64,000 bases of DNA from an uncultured Acidobacteriota bacterium (GCA_963843575.1 CAWJKZ010000010.1:352001-416000), one strand, 5' to 3'; positions 10,479 through 21,896 are shown, counted from the stretch's first letter. Notes: generated by a model from the letters alone, not told the origin. Program-made: numbers and translations.

Positions 10479-13388
10479 GGCGCGCGCTCCTGATATTGCG
10501 CCAGCATACACCAAGTGGGCCGCGGCGGCTCGCCGCGGCCCCTGGGTTCAGCCCAACCGCTGACGTTTCCGGGACGCGGATTTGGCGCGGATCGCGACGA
10601 CGGCGGATGCGGCCGAGCGCGGCGCGATCTGGGGCGTCGCGACACCTTGCGCGTGAAATTCTTCCGCGAATCCTGCGGGTACACATGGGAGGAGAGGCGG
10701 ATCACGGTCTCGCGCAACCGTTCGGTGTCCTCCCGGTAGGATTCTCCCGACGTCGAGACGATGGGGGGCCCGAAGATCACCCGGACCCGGTGCGGCCGGA
10801 TGCGCATGCTGTCGCGCGGCCAGACTTCGTAAGTACCTTGCAGCCCCACGGGCACGATGGGGGCGCCGATCTCGTGCGAGAGGATCGCGGCGCCCTTCTT
10901 GAACTCCTTCACGTCGCCTTCGAATGAGCGGGCCCCTTCCGGGAAGATGCACAGCACCCGCCCGCTGCGCAAGCCGTAGGCCCCGACCTTCATGGCGCGC
11001 AGCAGGTGGACATCGGGGTCGACCGGCACAATGTTCGCGAGGCGCGCTAGGGCTTTCATATACCAGTTCTGGAAATACTCGCTCGCTCCCACGAAGAACA
11101 CCTTCCGGAACACCCGGTAGGGGAGCACCGACATCACCACGAATGGGTCGAGGTAGCTGGCGTGGTTTGGACAGATCAGGAAGGGAGGGTTCTTCGGCAG
11201 CTGTTCCAGCCCCTGCACGTCGAGGCGCAGGAAAATGCGGAAGAGGAGGTACAGGATCCGCAACCCGACGTATTTCACGAGCGTGAGGGTGTGGCCGGTG
11301 AAGCGGATCCGCCACTCGCCGTCATCCGCCTCCAGCGCTTCCCGGGAGAGGATGGAGCTCCAGTTCTGACGCGTCGAGGAGCCGCCGCCGGCGGGCGAAC
11401 CGACCTGTGTTTCAAGGCGCGCGACCAGGTCGCGCACGGTGAATATGTCGGCCCCGAAGTCGTCGGGGAGCTGGATCTGCAGAGACTGCTCGAGGCTGGC
11501 AAGCAGCTCGACGCGCTGCATGGAGTCGAATCCGAGGTCCAGCTCCAGGTTCATGCCCGGGTCGATGCCGGCCTGGTGGCCCGTTTCGCGAATCGCGCGC
11601 ACCACCTCCTGCCCGACGGGGGACTCGAGGAGCGCAAGGTCCTGCGGAGAGAGGGTCCGTTCCCCCTGGGACGCCTCGATGCCCCGCAGCTGGCCGGTCT
11701 CGATCAGACGCTTGAGTTCGACGCGCTTGATCTTGCGCGTGGTGGTGCGTGGCAGCGGGTCCTTCTGGATCTGGTAGCTCATCAGCCGTTTGTACTTGGG
11801 CAGCTGGTTGGACCAGCGGCCGATCTCGTCGCGCAGGATCTCCCGCGCGTTGGCGATCTTTTTCGCCCGCAGGTAGTCGAAGTTCGGGACCACCACCCCG
11901 TGCAACCGTTCACTCGTGGCGTGCCCGCCGCTTTCGGCGATGCCGACGACGGCGATCTCCTGGATGTACGGGCACTGCAGGTAGTGCGTTTCGAGCTCGT
12001 CGGGATAGATGTTCTTCCCGTTGGCGAGCACGATGACCTCCTTCTTGCGCCCCGTAATAAAGAGGTTTCCCGCCGCGTCGAGACGCCCCAGGTCCCCCGA
12101 GCGGAACCAGCCGTCGCGCATCGCCTCGTCGGTCGCGGCGGGGTTCCGGTAATAACCCTTCATCACCACGGGCCCGCGGATGAGAATCTCGCCCACTCCC
12201 TCGTCGTTGGGCTCCGCGATCTCGATGTCGGTGCCGGGGAGCGCGGGGCCGACCGAGCCGATGACGTTTTTCTCGATCGGGGTGATGCAGCAGCCCCCGG
12301 TAGTCTCGGTGAGCCCGTAGCCTTGGAGGATCGTCAGCCCGAGGTCGTGGAAATCCTGGGCCACCCGCGGATCGAAAGCGGAGCCGCCGCTCACGAATAG
12401 GCGGAGGCGGCTGCCGAAGTTGCGGTGGATGCGGCCGAAGAGCACCTTCCCGAAATTCAGGTGGAGGCGGCGGCAGAGGCCGTTGAGCCGCATCAGGAGT
12501 CGAAAGAGGGTGCGCAGCGGGCGCCGGCCTGTGTCCCACCTCCTCCTGGATGCGGCCGTGGAAGAGATAGAAGAACTGCGGCACCGTCGCGAGGATCGAT
12601 ATCCCGGCCTGCTGCAGCGCTTCCATGATCTCCGCCCGTTTCAATGTATCGATGAACGTGACCTGGGCGCCGAGCCACAGCGGGACGAGGACGTTGATAA
12701 TCGAGGCAAACACGTGCTGCAGCGGCAGGAGACAGAGAAAGTTGTCGTTTTCGTCGACGCGGACCACCTGGAGCGCCGTGCTGATCTCGGCGACGACGTT
12801 CGCCTGCGTCAGCGTCACCCCTTTGGGTTTCCCGGTTGTGCCCGACGTGTAGATGATCACCGCGACGTCGGAAGGCTGCACTTCCGGGAGTGACGGTGCC
12901 GGGTCCAGCGCGGCCGCCCACTCGATGAAGCCGGGGAGCTCGGACCGCGCGTCGCGATCCCCTTCAAGCGCATCGAAGCATACGATTTTGGATATCAGGT
13001 AGGAATCGCGCAGGGATTCCCGCAGCCTGGGGAGCAGCGCGCCGCTCACAAAGACGTATTGCGACTCGGAATCGTCGATCAACCGCCTCCATTCGGCCGC
13101 CGAGAGCTGCGCGTCCAGCGGAACCGCGATCCCGCCCGCGAAATAAACGCCGAGATAGGCGATCACCCACTCGGGACGGTTTTCGGAGAGAATCGCGACC
13201 CGGGCGCCGGTTTTCAGCCCGAGGGCGGAAAGTCCCAGGCCAACCCCCAGGCACTGCCGAAAGGCCTCGGCATAGCTCGTCTGCTGATAGCCCTGGTGAG
13301 TCTTGATCCGGAAAGCCGTGCGGTCGGGAAATCTCCGGACCGTCTGCCGGAACCTCTCGTTGAAAGTGGCGCTGGCGGATTCTGTCAT
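10475..13388 (-). CDS. Long-chain acyl-CoA/AMP ligase + carrier domain + 1-acyl-sn-glycerol-3-phosphate acyltransferase (Aas/ElbD-like), frameshift near 12500; true 3' end uncertain
   Basis: YTSGTTGKPKG, QGYGLTET, GWFRSGDLG; carrier motif LGFDSM; acyltransferase NHASYLD and FPEGAR. Confidence 0.88.
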
Positions 13389-13565
13389 ACGCGTGATTTC
13401 GGATTTCCTCGGGCGCGCTCCGTGCGCGCAAAAAATCACATTATCAGCAAAACCACGGTAAGTAAAACTGGGCATAATCCGATAATCTGCTACTGCGATT
13501 CAGACATGGGGATCCTGCAAACTTCCTGGAACGCGGATTCTCGCGGATTTACGTTGTAGCTCGGC

Positions 13566-13611
13566 TTAGGGTTCGCGCCAAAATGTGAACTCATTCTTGC
13601 GCGAACCCTAA
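13566..13611. repeat. Miniature inverted-repeat element (13-bp perfect IR)
   Basis: TTAGGGTTCGCGC...GCGCGAACCCTAA; the same left end recurs at 19639. Confidence 0.7.
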
Positions 13612-13629
13612 TTCCGCTTTGTTCCGTGT

Positions 13630-13810
13630 GCAAAGCTCGGCGGGGCGCTCTGGATGTGGTTCTCCGGGGTGGGCTTGCGGCAAACGCTCTCGTGCCAGGC
13701 CGGACCCGCGCTCCGAGCTCCAGTGCGCTTGCCGCAAGCCCACCCCGGAGAACCAACCGGCGCTTGCGCCGGCCGCCGTGCGGCATCCAGGGCGCCCCGC
13801 CGAGCTTTGC
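13630..13810. repeat. Large nested palindrome (REP/MITE-like)
   Basis: 13630-13656 pairs with 13784-13810 (27 bp, one mismatch); 13658-13683 pairs with 13729-13754 (26 bp, perfect). Confidence 0.8.
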
Positions 13811-14168
13811 CAGCGTTCGTCCGCGTCCGAGGAATTTTGAGTCGCTGTCTGACTCGCAGTAATCCGCTACGAGGTTGGATCTCCCGCGGCGCGGGCCGGT
13901 TCGGGGACCGGGGAGACTTTCCCGTAACCGTAGGCCGACCCACGCCGAGGGAACCGCCGACGCAGTGCGCGCATCGGCGCACGTCGGCGTACGGACAACG
14001 TTCCCCGACCGGCGGGCTGCCGACCTCCCGGACGGCTGGTTCCCATCCCGCGGGCAATGTGTTAATGTGGCCCGCGCGTGGGCGGGGGCGGCCCGCCCAC
14101 GCCCCAGACAGCAACGGCCCGTAAGTTCGACAGGCCGCCGCGGCCCACTCCGAGCCTATAAACCCGCC

Positions 14169-15143
14169 ATGGATGAGACTCAAACGGCGAAACTCATCAG
14201 CATCGTCATCCCCGTCCTCGACGAACAAGGGTCGCTGGTCGAATTGGCCGCCAGGCTGCGCACGATCGCCGAGGCCCACGGGTTGCGGATCGAACTGATC
14301 TTTGTCGACGACGGCAGCCGGGACGGCTCGTGGGAAATCATCCGGCAACTAGCCCGGACGCCGGGCGTCCGCGGCGTGCGTTTCCGCCGCAATTTCGGGA
14401 AATCCGCCGCGCTCGCCGCCGGCTTTGAGGCCGCAGCGGGCGACATCGTTTTCCAGATGGACGCCGACCTCCAGGACGATCCGGCAGAGATCCCCGGTTT
14501 TCTCGCCAAGCTGGCGACCGGGTTCGACATCGTCAACGGCGTGCGCCGCCGCAGGCGCGATCCCTGGCACAAGATCTACCCCAGCCTGATCTTCAACTGG
14601 ATGGTCGGCGCGCTCACCGGCCTGAGGCTGCGTGACCACAATTGCGGGTTCAAGTGCGCACGAGCCGAGGTCGTGAAAGAATTGCGGCTTTACGGCGACA
14701 TGCACCGGTTCATCCCCGTGATCGGGCATGCGCACGGCTTCCGGGTCGCCGAGCACGAGGTGGAGCACAGCCCGCGCCGCTGGGGCCGCTCGAAGTACGG
14801 GGTGCGCCGATTCACGCGGGGGTTTCTCGACCTGATGACCGTCACCTTCCTCACCGTGTTCGGCCAGCGCCCGCTCCACCTTCTGGGCGGGGTGGGATTG
14901 ATCCCGCTCGCACTAGGGTCAGCGGGCCTGGCTTACCTCGCGTTCTGCTGGGTCCTGGCGCGTCTGGGAGTGTCGGGTTACGGCCCGATCGGCCAGCGGC
15001 CGCTGCTCAGTTATTCCGTGCTCGGGGTCTTTCTAGGCGTGCACCTGTTGTCGATCGGCTTCCTGGCCGAGCTCCTGCTTGCGCTGAACATCCGCAGCGT
15101 GAAGAGCTACAGCGTGCTCGAGCGCACCGGGCAAGAACCATGA
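14169..15143 (+). CDS. Glycosyltransferase family 2, ArnC/polyprenol-phosphate glycosyltransferase-like
   Basis: ISIVIPV, FVDDGSRDGS, RNFGKSAAL, MDADLQDDP, DHNCGFK, HRFIP; two C-terminal TM helices. Confidence 0.92.
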   Translation: MDETQTAKLISIVIPVLDEQGSLVELAARLRTIAEAHGLRIELIFVDDGSRDGSWEIIRQLARTPGVRGVRFRRNFGKSAALAAGFEAAAGDIVFQMDADLQDDPAEIPGFLAKLATGFDIVNGVRRRRRDPWHKIYPSLIFNWMVGALTGLRLRDHNCGFKCARAEVVKELRLYGDMHRFIPVIGHAHGFRVAEHEVEHSPRRWGRSKYGVRRFTRGFLDLMTVTFLTVFGQRPLHLLGGVGLIPLALGSAGLAYLAFCWVLARLGVSGYGPIGQRPLLSYSVLGVFLGVHLLSIGFLAELLLALNIRSVKSYSVLERTGQEP

Positions 15144-16534
15144 ACCCAAACGAGGCGACAGTGCCACATGACGCGCGGCGGCAGCCATTGGACTTCATCA
15201 TCATCGCGCTTGCGGTCGGGGTGGTCCTGGGCCTGATCCTTGCGGCAAGAAGCGATCACGGCACGCAAACCACCCCACCCGCGGTCCTGAGCGTCAACGA
15301 TCTTTCGCGCTGGGCGACCGTCTTCAGCCTCGCCGAGCGCGGAACGTACGACATCGACGAAACACCCTGGCCCGCGACGATAGACCGCGTCCGGATCAAC
15401 GGGCATTTCTACTCCTCAAAACCGCCGCTTCTTCCCACGCTGCTGGCCGCCGAGTACTACCTGCTGAAAAAGGCCAGCTTCGGACGGCTCAGCTTCGCCT
15501 CCAGCCCGAACGCCACCATACGGCTCATGATCGTGACCGTGAACCTCGTCCCTTTTGGGGTTTTCCTGCTCCTCTACGAGAAGCTGCTGCGCGAGCTGAC
15601 ACCGGATCCCTGGACACGCTGTTACTCTCTCTGCGCCGCCGCCTTCGGTACCTACCTGACGAGCTTCTGCGTCACCCTGAACAACCACACCATCGCGGCT
15701 TTCAGCGCGCTGTTCGCGCTGTATCCGCTCTACCGGATCGTGTGCAGCCGGTCTTCGTCCCCCCTCTATTTCGCGGTCGCCGGGTTTTTCGCCGCCTTCG
15801 CCGCGGTGAACGAGCTCCCTGCCGCCGCCTTCCTGGCCCTGGGCGCCGGCGCCCTGCTCCGGAAGGCGCCCCGCCCCACCCTGGCCGTGTTCCTGCCGTT
15901 TGCGTTGCTCCCCGTCGCGGCACACTTCACGACCAACTACCTCGCCGTCGGCTCCCTCGCCCCCGCCTACGCGGACAAGCAGGCCTACGAGTTTCCCGGA
16001 TCGTACTGGAAGGTGGACCCAAACACCGGCCGCCTCACGAGCACCCGCACCGATCCGGCGACGGGAAAGGTCGAGGTGCGCAAGAACATCGACAGCCTGT
16101 ACGAACCTTGGCCGGTCTACCTCTTCCACATGCTGGCAGGACACCACGGGATCTTCTCACTCTCGCCAGTTTTCCTGCTTTGCTTCGCGGGATTGTGGCG
16201 CGTCGCGCGCGACCGCGCCGCGCCGCTGCACGGCTTCGCGCTCGTCTCGCTGTTCCTGACGGCGCTGTTGCTGTTGTTTTACGTGTTTTTCGCGGGGCAG
16301 AGAAACTACGGGGGGGCGACGAGCGGGCTGCGCTGGCTTTTCTGGCTGATACCCTTCTGGTTGTTGTTTCTGCCTGCCGGGATGCACAAAGCCGCCGGGT
16401 CGGGACGATTCCGCGGGCTCGCGCTGGCCTTCCTGCTGCTGTCCGCCATGTCGGTGTTTTATTCGGCGGGAAACCCCTGGACGCGGCCGTGGCTGCACCA
16501 GTGGCTGAATACCATGGGATGGATCTGGTACTGA
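15140..16534 (+). CDS. Multi-pass membrane protein, probable GT-C-fold glycosyltransferase
   Basis: ATGA-coupled to the GT2 gene; NDLSRWATV, YSSKPPL, TLNNH, NYGG..GLRW and many TM segments. Confidence 0.65.
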   Translation: MNPNEATVPHDARRQPLDFIIIALAVGVVLGLILAARSDHGTQTTPPAVLSVNDLSRWATVFSLAERGTYDIDETPWPATIDRVRINGHFYSSKPPLLPTLLAAEYYLLKKASFGRLSFASSPNATIRLMIVTVNLVPFGVFLLLYEKLLRELTPDPWTRCYSLCAAAFGTYLTSFCVTLNNHTIAAFSALFALYPLYRIVCSRSSSPLYFAVAGFFAAFAAVNELPAAAFLALGAGALLRKAPRPTLAVFLPFALLPVAAHFTTNYLAVGSLAPAYADKQAYEFPGSYWKVDPNTGRLTSTRTDPATGKVEVRKNIDSLYEPWPVYLFHMLAGHHGIFSLSPVFLLCFAGLWRVARDRAAPLHGFALVSLFLTALLLLFYVFFAGQRNYGGATSGLRWLFWLIPFWLLFLPAGMHKAAGSGRFRGLALAFLLLSAMSVFYSAGNPWTRPWLHQWLNTMGWIWY

Positions 16535-16611
16535 TCTGAGTAGCGCGGCCCGACGCCGCCTGGGGGGCGCGCGGGAGGAACGCGGCGCCGAGGCGCCGCG
16601 TTCCGAGACGA

Positions 16612-17679
16612 TCACTTCGAGTTGCGGCGGTTCCACTCGTCGTCGGACATCACCATCTCGACGGGCGCCTTCGCCTTGAGATCCTGCAGGTGCTTCTGCA
16701 GTGCGTCCTCCTTCGCCTTCCTGGTGAGGAAGTTCGAGATGTCGGACTTGCTCGCCTCCAGCGGCTTGACGCCCGCGGGCTTGTTCTCGATGACCTTGAT
16801 CAGGTGATAACCAAACTGGGTCTCCACGACCGGGGTCAGGGTGCCGGGCTGGGCGGCGAAGGCGGCGTCGGAGAATGGCTTGACCATCTGGCCCCGCGCA
16901 AAGAATCCCAGATCGCCCCCTTTAGGCGCGCTTCCCGGGTCCTGCGAATTCTGCCGGGCCGCATCCTCGAACGTCAGCTTCTTGCTTTCGATGTCGGCAC
17001 GGAGCGCATCGATCTTCTGCCGCGCCTCGGTCTTCTTTTCCGGACCGGCCTGCGCGTCGACCCTCAGGAGGATGTGGGCGGCGTGCACCTGCTCGGGTTG
17101 CTCGAAGTACTTGGGGTTCTCGTCGTAGAAATGCTTGACCTGTTCCTCGCTTGGGGGAGGGGCGTCCTTGACAGCGTCCTCGACCACCTGCTGGAGCAGG
17201 ATGTTGTCCCTGATTGAACGGCGCAAGTCGGCTTCGGTAAGGCCCTGCTTCGCCATCGCCTGCCTGAACTGCTCCTCGGAGGGAAAGCGCGCCACCAGCG
17301 TCTTGAACTGCTCGTCGGCTTTGGCCTGATCCACGCTGATCTTCTTCTCCTGCCCCTCATGCTTGAGGAGAATCTGGGAAACCAGGGTGTCGAGGGCGTT
17401 CTTATAAAAGAGGACGTTCTTCTTCTGCTGCTGCTCGGGCGTGGTCTGCTGACCGGCGGCGATCTGGCTGATGACGATCAGTACCTCTTTTTCGGTTATC
17501 GGCTCGCCTTGAACCCGGGCGACGACCGGGTCGCCGGCGCCGGCCTCCATAACCGGGACTTGTGCCGCAGGGGTTTGCGGCGGAGGCGCCGGAGTCGGTG
17601 TTTGCGGTTGCTGCGCGAAGGCAATCGACGCGAAGATCGCTGTAAGGCAGACGCCTTTTATTATTGTGTGGACAGCCAT
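16612..17679 (-). CDS. Parvulin-type peptidyl-prolyl isomerase (SurA/PrsA-like)
   Basis: Signal peptide, VHAAHILL, SQDPGSAPKGGDLGFFARGQMVKPF, VETQFGYHLIKV. Confidence 0.93.
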   Translation of the reverse strand: MAVHTIIKGVCLTAIFASIAFAQQPQTPTPAPPPQTPAAQVPVMEAGAGDPVVARVQGEPITEKEVLIVISQIAAGQQTTPEQQQKKNVLFYKNALDTLVSQILLKHEGQEKKISVDQAKADEQFKTLVARFPSEEQFRQAMAKQGLTEADLRRSIRDNILLQQVVEDAVKDAPPPSEEQVKHFYDENPKYFEQPEQVHAAHILLRVDAQAGPEKKTEARQKIDALRADIESKKLTFEDAARQNSQDPGSAPKGGDLGFFARGQMVKPFSDAAFAAQPGTLTPVVETQFGYHLIKVIENKPAGVKPLEASKSDISNFLTRKAKEDALQKHLQDLKAKAPVEMVMSDDEWNRRNSK

Positions 17680-17836
17680 GAGACGGAGTTCTCCTTAAGG
17701 GTAGTTTCGTGGTTCCGGTGCAACGGCCAAGGCGCGTCGAGCAGTACCGGGTCGCGTACCGCCCGTCTATGACGAGGGTGGAAACGCTCGACAAATAATA
17801 CACCCCGTTGCCGCCCCAGGCCAGCACGGCCCTCCT

Positions 17837-18244
17837 TCACGAGAGGTTTCGTGCGGCCTTGTCCAGACTCCAGGGCCCGGGCCCGGCAAAGACCAGATAG
17901 AGAAAGCAGAAGCTGTACAAGACCGCCAGTTCGCCGCCGTTCATAATCGGCCAGAAATTGCGCGGCGCGTGCGCCATGAAGTACGCCACCGCCATCTGGC
18001 CCGACAGGATGAACGCAACCGGCCGGGTAAAGAGGCCAAGGACGATCAGCAACCCGCCGAACCCCTCCAACACACCCGCCGCCCAGAACAGCGAGAAGAG
18101 TTCGGCCGTCCCCCCCTTTCCCCCCATCCCCCCGAACGCCCCAAACAGCTTCTGAAGACCGTGCAGCGAGAATGTGAACCCCGCAACTAGGCGCAAGAGC
18201 GACAAGGCATAGGGCTGAAATCGAGAGAGCTTGCGTGATGTCAC
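17837..18244 (-). CDS. DoxX family membrane protein
   Basis: LLRLVAG..HGLQKLFG, GLFTRPVAFILSGQMAVAYF, NGGELA, GPGPWSLD; GTG start after AGGAG. Confidence 0.9.
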   Translation of the reverse strand: MTSRKLSRFQPYALSLLRLVAGFTFSLHGLQKLFGAFGGMGGKGGTAELFSLFWAAGVLEGFGGLLIVLGLFTRPVAFILSGQMAVAYFMAHAPRNFWPIMNGGELAVLYSFCFLYLVFAGPGPWSLDKAARNLS

Positions 18245-18455
18245 GTCGATTCTCCTTTTGGATGTACCCCGTTTGCCTGGCGATTCTTCGAGCTCTTGGA
18301 GCCCTGGAGGAGAGACGCACGGCTCACCTCGAAAACTCCAAGGGCTCAGGGGAACTCGAAGCCTCTCCCGGCTTCCACCTTCAAGTCCTTGAACAATGCA
18401 CCTAAGGGTACTACTCTCAGGCTGCACACCAATATCACTAAGTGAGGAGGCTTCA

Positions 18456-19431
18456 GTGTCTCGATCATATTGGCAACTGGCGTTCCTACTGGTGTTGCTT
18501 TGCCCGGCCGTGTCGGCCGGGCTTGTCCAGCAGTCCGGCACGACCGAGATCGCGGGCGGACGAGGCGGCGGCGGCTTTGCCGACACCGAACCCCAACTGG
18601 GGACGCGCGTGGCCGAGGTGCACGTCAGGTCCGGGGACCAGGTGGATTCGGTTCAAATGCGGCTGGCGCTCCCGGGCGGGACCACCGTCATGACCCCGCT
18701 GCACGGTGGGAGGGGCGGAAGGCTGGACGTCTTCCGGTTGGACTCCGGAGAGTACATCACCGGCATCTCCGGCCGATGCGGCACCTATATAGACTCGCTC
18801 CGCATCCACACCAACCGAAGGACGTCGCAACTCTTCGGTGGGCGCGGCGGCAGCCGCGACTTCGTCGTCGAGGTTCCCTCGGGAACCCAGGCCATCGGCT
18901 TCACCGGTCGGGCCGGTGATTACCTTGACGCCGTCGGGCTGGTCTACGCGGCCATCTCGGTCGGGCAGGCACAGCGCGCCACGCTGGCCGGCGGCCGAGG
19001 GGGGTCCGAATTCTCCGAGGGCGACGTCGCCTCGCAATCGAGGATCGTGGAGGTCCGGATCAGGTACGGCGACCGGATCGATTCCGTGCAGGCGATCTAC
19101 ATGACCTCGAGCGGCAGCACCGTCGAGGGTGCCCGGCACGGAGGCCGGGGGCAGGGAGAGCGTGTTCCGCCTCGACAGCGACGAGTACATCGTCGCCCTG
19201 TCCGGCCGGTGCGGTGACCAGGTGGACTCGCTGCGCATACACACGAACAAGCGGACGTCCGAGTTGTTCGGCGGCAGCGGCGGCCGTGATTTCCGCATCG
19301 AGGTCCCGAGCGGGACACGGGCCACGGGCTTTGCCGGACGCTCAGGTCAATACCTCGACGCCATCGGCCTCAACTACGGGTCCCTCACGCAGAACCAGCC
19401 GACCCGCAGGTTCCGCTGGCCCCGACGCTAA
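18456..19431 (+). CDS. Secreted protein with two tandem jacalin-like lectin domains (one frameshift near 19150)
   Basis: Repeated GGxGG, FRLDSxEYI..SGRCG, FGGxGG, GFxGRxGxYLDAxG; signal peptide; RBS GAGGAGG. Confidence 0.85.
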
Positions 19432-19640
19432 ATACACAGTCTCATAAGTACGCTGACGTATTTTTCAGGACGCAGAACAACACGGGCGATGAAAAACAAA
19501 AGCCAAAACAGAACGCAGATTCCGCGGATCCAACGGATTCACGCGGATCGGACGCAGCCTGTCGCCAGGTCGATCTGACGGGATCCGCGCGCATCCGCGT
19601 CCTGACAAATACGTTGGCGTATTTGTGAACATCCGTACTA
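19429..19640 (+). mobile_element. MITE-like repeat, copy A (most complete, ~45-bp imperfect terminal IRs)
   Basis: Near-identical to 21897-22070 and, inverted, to 28081-28258. Left end ..ATAAGTACGCTGACGTATTTTTCAGGACGC pairs with right end GCGTCCTGACAAATACGTTGGCGTATTTGT. Confidence 0.8.
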
Positions 19641-19836
19641 AGGGTTCGCGCCATTTTGGCGCGAGCGCCGGGCGGTCAGATGCAAGGCGCCGCGACGCAG
19701 GCGATGTGGTGACATCGTCGAGGCGGCAACGCCGCAGATGCCCGCCCGCCGTCGAATAGGGTCTTGGGGGGTCGAAGGTCGCCCTCGATCCCCGAATCGT
19801 GGTTAGAAGGGCCCCCACAGGCTCACCGGAGGCACC

Positions 19837-21879
19837 GTGCGTATCCTCCTGTTGGCGTTGCTTTCGGTCGCCGTCGGCGGAGTCGGCCCGAACGAGCAGG
19901 AACTGTTCCGCGACGACTTCTCGCGCTTCCCACCCGGGCTGCTTTCCCAGCCGGTAGGGCAGCTCAACGGCGCAATCCAGGAGTACCACTACCTGCCCCA
20001 TCGCGGTGTACCGCTCGAACCCTGGGCGAATCCGATCATCCACGACGACTCCTGGGCCGTCGGCGACGAGGAGGGCAGGAGTTACCTCGAGCAGCACGGC
20101 GTCAACGACCGCCCCGAGCAATACAACCCGCTCATGATCACCGGCGATCCCGAGTGGGCCGACGCGACCGTGGCAGCGAAGGTGCGTCCGCTTTCGCTGG
20201 AGCAGTTCGCCGGGCTCGTCTTCCGCTACCACCACAACCGCCACTACTACCTGTTCGCCCTGCAGGGGGGAACACGCGCCCGGCTGGCAGTTCGACTCCC
20301 GCTCGAGAAGACGTTTCGCGTAGCCGAGTGGCGGGAACTGGCCGCAGCCCCGTTCGCCTATGACGTCACCCGCTACTACGCGCTCAGGGTCGAGAACGAC
20401 GGAGCGCGCATGCGCGCTTTCGTCGACGGCTCCCTCGTGCTCGAAGCCTCCGACGGCGAGATCCTGAAGGGAAAGGTCGGGGTGGCAGCGAATACTCCCG
20501 CCCGCTTCGCCGAGTTCACCGTGTCGGCTTCCGCCGCCTCGGCCGCCGAGATCCGGCGGAACATGGCGGCGCGGGACAAAACACTGGATGCCCTGCGCGC
20601 CGGCAATCCCAAGCCCCGGCTCTGGAGACGCTTCGAAACGCCGGGATTCGGCGCCGGGCGCAACGTCCGGCTGGGCGATCTCGACGGCGACGGACACCCC
20701 GACCTGCTGATCGGACAGAACATCCCGCGCGTGCGCGGGGACGCCTTCGACCACATCTCCTGCCTGACGGCCGTAAACCTGGAAGGAAAGATGCTCTGGC
20801 AGTCCGGGCGACCCGACCCGCGCAACGGCCTGCTGACAAACGACACCCCCTTCCAGATCCACGACGTCGACGGCGACGGCCGGAACGAAGTCGTGCTCGT
20901 GCGCGATTTCCAGCTGCAGATCCTGGATGGGGCGACGGGAAAGCTTAAAAAACAGGCGTGGATGCCCGAAATGGGGCTCGAAAACAGGGAGCGTCCCTAC
21001 AAACTGCAGCCGGGCGACTCGATCGCGTTCCTCAACCTCAACGGCAACGGGCCGCGGGAAATCCTGCTCAAGGACAGGTACCTCAACTTCTGGATATATT
21101 CGAGCGACCTGAAACAACTGTGGCGTGGCAGCGGCCTCACCGGCCATTACCCGTATGCCTTTGACATCGACGGCGACGGCAAAGAGGAGTTCGCCATCGG
21201 TTACGCGATCTGGCGCCCCGACGGACGCTTGCTCTGGTCGCGCGACGCGGAATTGAAGGACCACGCCGACGGCATCGCGATCGGCAACTTCTCGGGGGAC
21301 CCCGGGCGGCCGCCGATGGTCTACGCCTGCGGCAGCGACGAAGGCTTCCTGTTAATGGACCTGCAGGGCCGGATCCTCAAGCACGTCCGCATCGGGCACG
21401 CTCAGAGCCCGAGCATCGCCAGGTACCGCACCGACCGCCCCGGCCTGCAACTGCTGACCGTGAACTTCTGGCGCAACCCGGGCATTCTCTCGCTGTTCGA
21501 TCACGAGGGGAACCTCCTGAAACAGGAGGAGCCGATCCACTCCGGGAGCCCGCTGCTCCCGGTCAACTGGCGCGGCGACGGACAGGAGTTCGCCCTGCTG
21601 TCCGGTAACGTGCGCGAAGGCGGCATGATCGACGGGGAATTGAGACGCGTCGTCATGTTCCCGGACGACGGCCACCCCGACCTCGCCTGCTATGTCGCCA
21701 ACCTGACCGGCGATCCCCGGGACGAGGTCATCCTGTGGGACACCAAGCAGGTCTGGATCTACACACAGGACCGCCCGTTCTCCGGCAAACGGATCTACGC
21801 GCCCGTCCGGAATCCCGACTACAACGAATCGAACTACCGCACCACCGTGTCGCTGCCGGCCTGGAAGGAACTGCCCTGA
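19837..21879 (+). CDS. Secreted FG-GAP/beta-propeller protein resembling PL11 rhamnogalacturonan lyases, with N-terminal beta-sandwich (DUF1080-like) domain
   Basis: Signal peptide; repeated DLDGDG/DVDGDG/DIDGDG calcium loops; GHYP, DHADG and GHAQ motifs. Confidence 0.65.
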   Translation: MRILLLALLSVAVGGVGPNEQELFRDDFSRFPPGLLSQPVGQLNGAIQEYHYLPHRGVPLEPWANPIIHDDSWAVGDEEGRSYLEQHGVNDRPEQYNPLMITGDPEWADATVAAKVRPLSLEQFAGLVFRYHHNRHYYLFALQGGTRARLAVRLPLEKTFRVAEWRELAAAPFAYDVTRYYALRVENDGARMRAFVDGSLVLEASDGEILKGKVGVAANTPARFAEFTVSASAASAAEIRRNMAARDKTLDALRAGNPKPRLWRRFETPGFGAGRNVRLGDLDGDGHPDLLIGQNIPRVRGDAFDHISCLTAVNLEGKMLWQSGRPDPRNGLLTNDTPFQIHDVDGDGRNEVVLVRDFQLQILDGATGKLKKQAWMPEMGLENRERPYKLQPGDSIAFLNLNGNGPREILLKDRYLNFWIYSSDLKQLWRGSGLTGHYPYAFDIDGDGKEEFAIGYAIWRPDGRLLWSRDAELKDHADGIAIGNFSGDPGRPPMVYACGSDEGFLLMDLQGRILKHVRIGHAQSPSIARYRTDRPGLQLLTVNFWRNPGILSLFDHEGNLLKQEEPIHSGSPLLPVNWRGDGQEFALLSGNVREGGMIDGELRRVVMFPDDGHPDLACYVANLTGDPRDEVILWDTKQVWIYTQDRPFSGKRIYAPVRNPDYNESNYRTTVSLPAWKELP

Positions 21880-21896
21880 GGTGGGCGGTGTTTTTC

